From NCBI RefSeq assembly GCF_009914755.1, contig NC_060929.1: a DNA stretch of 64,000 nucleotides. One strand, written 5' to 3'. Under the pieces are notes generated by a model. It saw only the letters and a list, made by a program, of their open reading frames with translations. It was not told the origin of the DNA and ran no database searches. Source of the stretch: the human T2T-CHM13v2.0 reference genome, Homo sapiens. Below, in pieces: positions 59,116 to 64,000 of the stretch. Position numbers and translations under genes: made by a program. Each line of letters opens with the position of its first letter. The stretch's first letter is position 1.

Positions 59116-61456
59116 TGCAGGAAAGGCAAATCCATATCCAGAGTGTCTATTCCTGTAAGAACAAAATGCTGCCACTTCCATGATGGAAGTGATCCAGTGT
59201 AATCAACCTGCCACCAGATAGCTGGCTGATCACTCCAGGAAATGGTGCCATATTGAGGATTCAGTATTGGTCTCTGCTGCTGGCACAGTGGGCATTCAGC
59301 AGTGGCCATAGCTAGGATGCCCTTGGTGAGTGGAAGTTTATGTTGCTGAGCCTATGCATAACCTCCATCCCTGCCATTACGGTCACCTTGTTCATGAGCC
59401 CACTGGGCAATGACAAGGTGGCTGGGAAAGAGGCGGACTGGGATCCACAGACTGGGTCATCTTATGCACTTGATTATTAAAACCCTACTCTGCTGAGGTC
59501 ACACTTTGTTGAGAATTCACATGAGACATAAAAATCTTCCATTTTTTTTGTGCTAATTCAGAGAGATCTATCTATATACTTCTTTCCCAAATTTTCTTGT
59601 CCTTCAATTTTCTAATCACGTTCCTTCCAAGTCCCTGATCACCCAGCCAAACCACTGGCCGTGGTCCATGAATTGGTATATATCACATATCTGGCCATGT
59701 ATCTTTCCAAGCAAAGTGAACAACCAGGTACACTTCTCAAAGTTCTGCCCACTGGGAGGATTTTTCTTCATCACTGTCCTTCAGAGAAGTTCTGGAAAGG
59801 GGCTGTAGTGCTGCAGCTGTCCACTTTAAGGTGGTGCCTGCATATCGTGCAGAACCATCTGTAAACCAGGCCCAAGTCTTCTCTTTGTCTGTGAACTGTC
59901 AACTTGTGGGAAACTCCCCATTAAGCCATAGATGCAGGCTGGGAGAGATAAAATGATATAATAGAAGTGGGGGCCATGGTCATTTGGGCCACTTCATGTA
60001 GCTTACTTGTGCTTTGAAGGCCTACTCAAACATGATCATGTATACGCCACTTCTATTTGATGATGGGCTCTTGCTCTCCATACCCGACTTTATGGCCTGA
60101 TGGGTCAGATTACACCCAGCTTATGATAAGCAGCTCAGGTTGCATGGTAACCTGGTGGCCCATGGTTTAGCATTCAGTCTCTAGTAAGGCCCAGTAGCAG
60201 ATCAAGAGATATTTCTTAAAAGGAGAGTAGTTATCTGCAGAAGATGACAGGGCTTTGCTTCAAAATCCAAAGGGTTTGTGTAGTGACTCATCTGTAGGGG
60301 CCTGCCAAAGGCTCCAAACAGCATCTCTCTCTGCAGACACTTCAAGCACAATTGGATCTGCTGTATTACATGGCTCAAGTGGCAGAGCAGCTAGCACAGC
60401 AGCCTGGACCTGTTGCAGAGCCTTCTCTCGTCTGCACATCACTCAAAAATAGCAGCTTTTCAGCTCACTCAGTAAACGTGCCAAGTAGCACACACAAATG
60501 AAGAATATGTTGCCTCCAAAATTCAAAGAGGCCCACTAGGCATTGTGTCTCTTTCTTGGTTGTAGGAGGGGGCTAGATGCAACAACTTTTCCTTCACCTT
60601 AGAAGGGATGTCTCGACATGCTCCACACCACTGGACCCCTAGAAATTTTACAGACGTAGGAGGCACCTGAAGTTTTGTCAAATTTATTTCCCACCCTCTG
60701 GCATCCAAATATCTTACCCATAAGTCTAGGGAGTAGCTGCTACTTCTTCCTCACTAAGTCCAATCAGCATAATGTCATCAATGCAATGGACCACTGTTAT
60801 AGCTTGTGGAAAAAAAAGGTGAGCAAGATCCCTGTGAACTAAATTATGACATAGTGTTGGAGAGCTGATAGACTCCTGAGAAGGACAGTGGCAGTGTATT
60901 GCTGGCCTTGCCAGCTGAAATCAAAATGCTTCTGATGGTCTTTACTAACAGGTATGGAGAAAAAATATGCACCAGATTGATAGCTGCATACCAGGTACCA
61001 GAGATTGAGTTAATTTGCTCAAACAACGAAACCATATCTGGTAAAGCAGCTGCAATTGGAGTCATCACCCGGTTAAACTTTCAGTAATCCACTGTCATTC
61101 TCCAAGATCCGTCTGTCTTCTGCACAGACCAAATAGGTGAGTTGAATAGGGATGTAGTGGAAATCACACCCCCACATCCTTTTAAGTCCTTGCTGGTGGC
61201 ACTAACCTCTGCAATCATTCCAGGAATGCAGTGTTGCTTTTGGTTTGCTATTGTCCTAGGGAGAGGCAATTCTAGTGGCTTCCATCTGCCATTTCTCACC
61301 ATAATAGCCCCCGTTCTATAGGTCAGGGAACCAATATGGGGATTCTGCCAGCTGTTGAATATATCTATTCTTATTACACATTTGGAAACTGGGGAAATGA
61401 TCACAGGAGGGTTTAACAATCCACTGTGAGATGAACCTGAGTTAAAACTCCATTGA

Positions 61457-61926
61457 GCCAGGCGTCGTGGCTCACGCCTTTAACCCCAGCACTTTGGGAG
61501 GCTGAGGCGAGCAGATCACCTGAGGTCAGGAGTTCGAGGCCAGCCTGACCAACATGGTGAAACCCTGTCTCTACTAAAAATACAAAATTAGCTGGGCATG
61601 GTGGCGCATGCCTGTAATCCCAGCTACTTGGGAGGCTGAGGCAGAAGAATTGCTTGAACCTGGAGGCGGAGGTTGCAGTGAGCTGAGATTGTGCCATTGC
61701 ACTCCCACCTGGGCAATAAGAGTGAAACTCCAACTCAAAAAAAAAAATTAGCCAGGCGTGGTGGCAGGTGTCTGTAATCCCAGTTACTTGGGAGGCCGTG
61801 GCATGAGAATTGCTTGAACCCAGGAGGCAGAGGTTGCAGTGAGCCAAGATTGCATCACTGCACTCCAGCCTGGAGGATAGAGTGAGACTCTGCCTCCAGA
61901 AAAAAACAAAAACAAAACAAAAAAAA
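61457..61926 (+). mobile_element. Trimeric Alu (left-right-right)
   Basis: Full dimer then a second right arm; CTCCATTGA flanks the whole unit. Confidence 0.88.
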
Positions 61927-61956
61927 CCCTCCATTGATTACCTGACCTCCATAAGC

Positions 61957-62479
61957 CAGAGGTCCCCAACTCCCAGGCCACAAACTAGTACCACTCCGTG
62001 GTCTGTCAGGAACCAGGCCACACAGCAGGAGGTGAGTAGCAGGTGAGTGAGCAAAGCTTCCCATGTATTTATAGCCACTCCCCATCACTCACATTACCAC
62101 CTGAGCTGCACCTCCTGTCAGATCAGTGGCAGCATTAGATTCTCATAGGAGCACAAACACTATGGCCAACTGTGTATGCAAGGGATCTAGGTTGTGTGCT
62201 CCTTATGAGAATCTAATGCATAGTGGTCTATCACTGTCTCCCATCACCCATAGATGAGACCATCTAGTTGCAAGAAAACAAGTTCAGGGCTTCCACTGAT
62301 TCTACATTCTGGTGAGTTGTATAATTATTGTATTATATACTACAATGTAATAATAATAGATGTGCACAATAAATGTAATGTACTTGAATCATCCCCAAAC
62401 CATCCCCTGTCTCCCAGTCTGTGGAAAAATTGACTTCCACGACATCAGTCCCTGGTACCACAAAGGCTGGGGACTGCTG
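61957..62479. mobile_element. MER1A hAT-Charlie element
   Basis: CAGAGGTCCCCAAC...GGGGACTGCTG TIRs; perfect 8-bp TSD CCATAAGC at 61949-56 and 62480-87. Confidence 0.92.
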
Positions 62480-63349
62480 CCATAAGCCCTTACTCTGACC
62501 AGTGGACCATCATGATGTTTTGGGTCACCTAAAGTTAGTTTCAGTTTAGAGCCAGTGTCTGAAAATTCTGATTATTTCCTTTGCTTTAGTGCACAGTTAC
62601 CCTGGTAAACAGCTGTAGGTAAACAGCTGTAGGTCCCTTTGGTGAATATTGGGGAAAAGATTAACATATAAATTTTTCATAATATACTGGGGTCTTTCCT
62701 CAAGGGGATCCCACCTCCTCTTCATTCAGAAGGTTTTGGGTGAGTAAACTAGCTCAAGTCTGGGAATTGATTACGGAACTGTGACTCTTTTTTTTTCTTA
62801 TGATTCAGATTAGACTTCTGTTCACTTAACCTAAAACTTTTCTGTTTATACAGATCAAGTAAGAATTTAGTTGAAATAGTTCCTATTTCACGTCTAGGAA
62901 CACCATGATCAACTAGTGAACACTGTAGATCTATGAACTAGGTCATTCTGATGGCTGCTTTGACTCTGCTTTTCATTATGGTAACCATGGCCACCTTGCC
63001 ATTGGTGGTCGAGTGTTGCAACTTGGGCCCTACAACCTGGGATCCAATTATGCCCATCGTATTTAGGTTTTTAAATTCAGTGACTGTGGTTCTCACTGTA
63101 AGGTCTGGCCTACACAGAAAAGCAATCGTGAAGCTTTTCAAGGATGCTGGGGCTTCTCTCACCAACTAATTTCTCACTGAATTGGAGTATGTCTTCTGGA
63201 CCCTCCCTGTGTGGGTGACGTCTTAAATGAGTAATCCACTTGAACATTTCAGTCTCCCTAAGCCTTTGCATTCCTTCCTCTACATTAAATCAACACACAT
63301 CCAATATGTCCAATTCACTCACTGTTGTTCAACTTTCACCCATGTTTCT

Positions 63350-64000
<651 letters not shown>

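Larger units (their letters stand above)
57960..63330 (-). mobile_element. Decayed ERVL (HERV-L/ERVL-type) internal region: gag, protease, RT, integrase, dUTPase remnants
   Basis: ORF fragments: integrase (ECPLCQQQRP..WQVDYTG), RT (SPIWSVQKTDGSWRMTVDY; VHCIDDI near 60770-60791), protease DTGS near 62549-62559, dUTPase-like LEVLVPEGG; many stops and frameshifts. Confidence 0.9.

Noticed and set aside
58415-63165. ERVL ORFs as a domesticated retroviral gene
   Set aside because: Only short fragments, with stops, frameshifts and inserted elements

Overview
Human (primate) genomic DNA containing the single-exon forkhead gene FOXD1 (minus strand, CDS 24288-25685). FOXD1 has a TATA box, a short uORF whose stop overlaps the main ATG, and an AU-rich 3'UTR with a miR-30 site and poly(A) signals. 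It lies in a transposon-poor block (~12.1-29.6 kb) with four CpG islands and clusters of FOX, PBX/HOX/MEIS, homeodomain, octamer and CTCF motifs. The rest of the window is dense interspersed repeat: Alus, L1/L2, MIR, MaLR/ERVL/ERV1 LTRs, DNA transposons and a decayed ERVL provirus. Several of these show nested insertions or deletion scars. No other protein-coding gene, tRNA, rRNA or CRISPR array is supported, and I found no wholly new multi-gene system. The best leads are translational and regulatory features of FOXD1 and retrotransposon-mediated rearrangements. Repeat subfamily names come from recalled consensus sequences and need RepeatMasker/Dfam confirmation.
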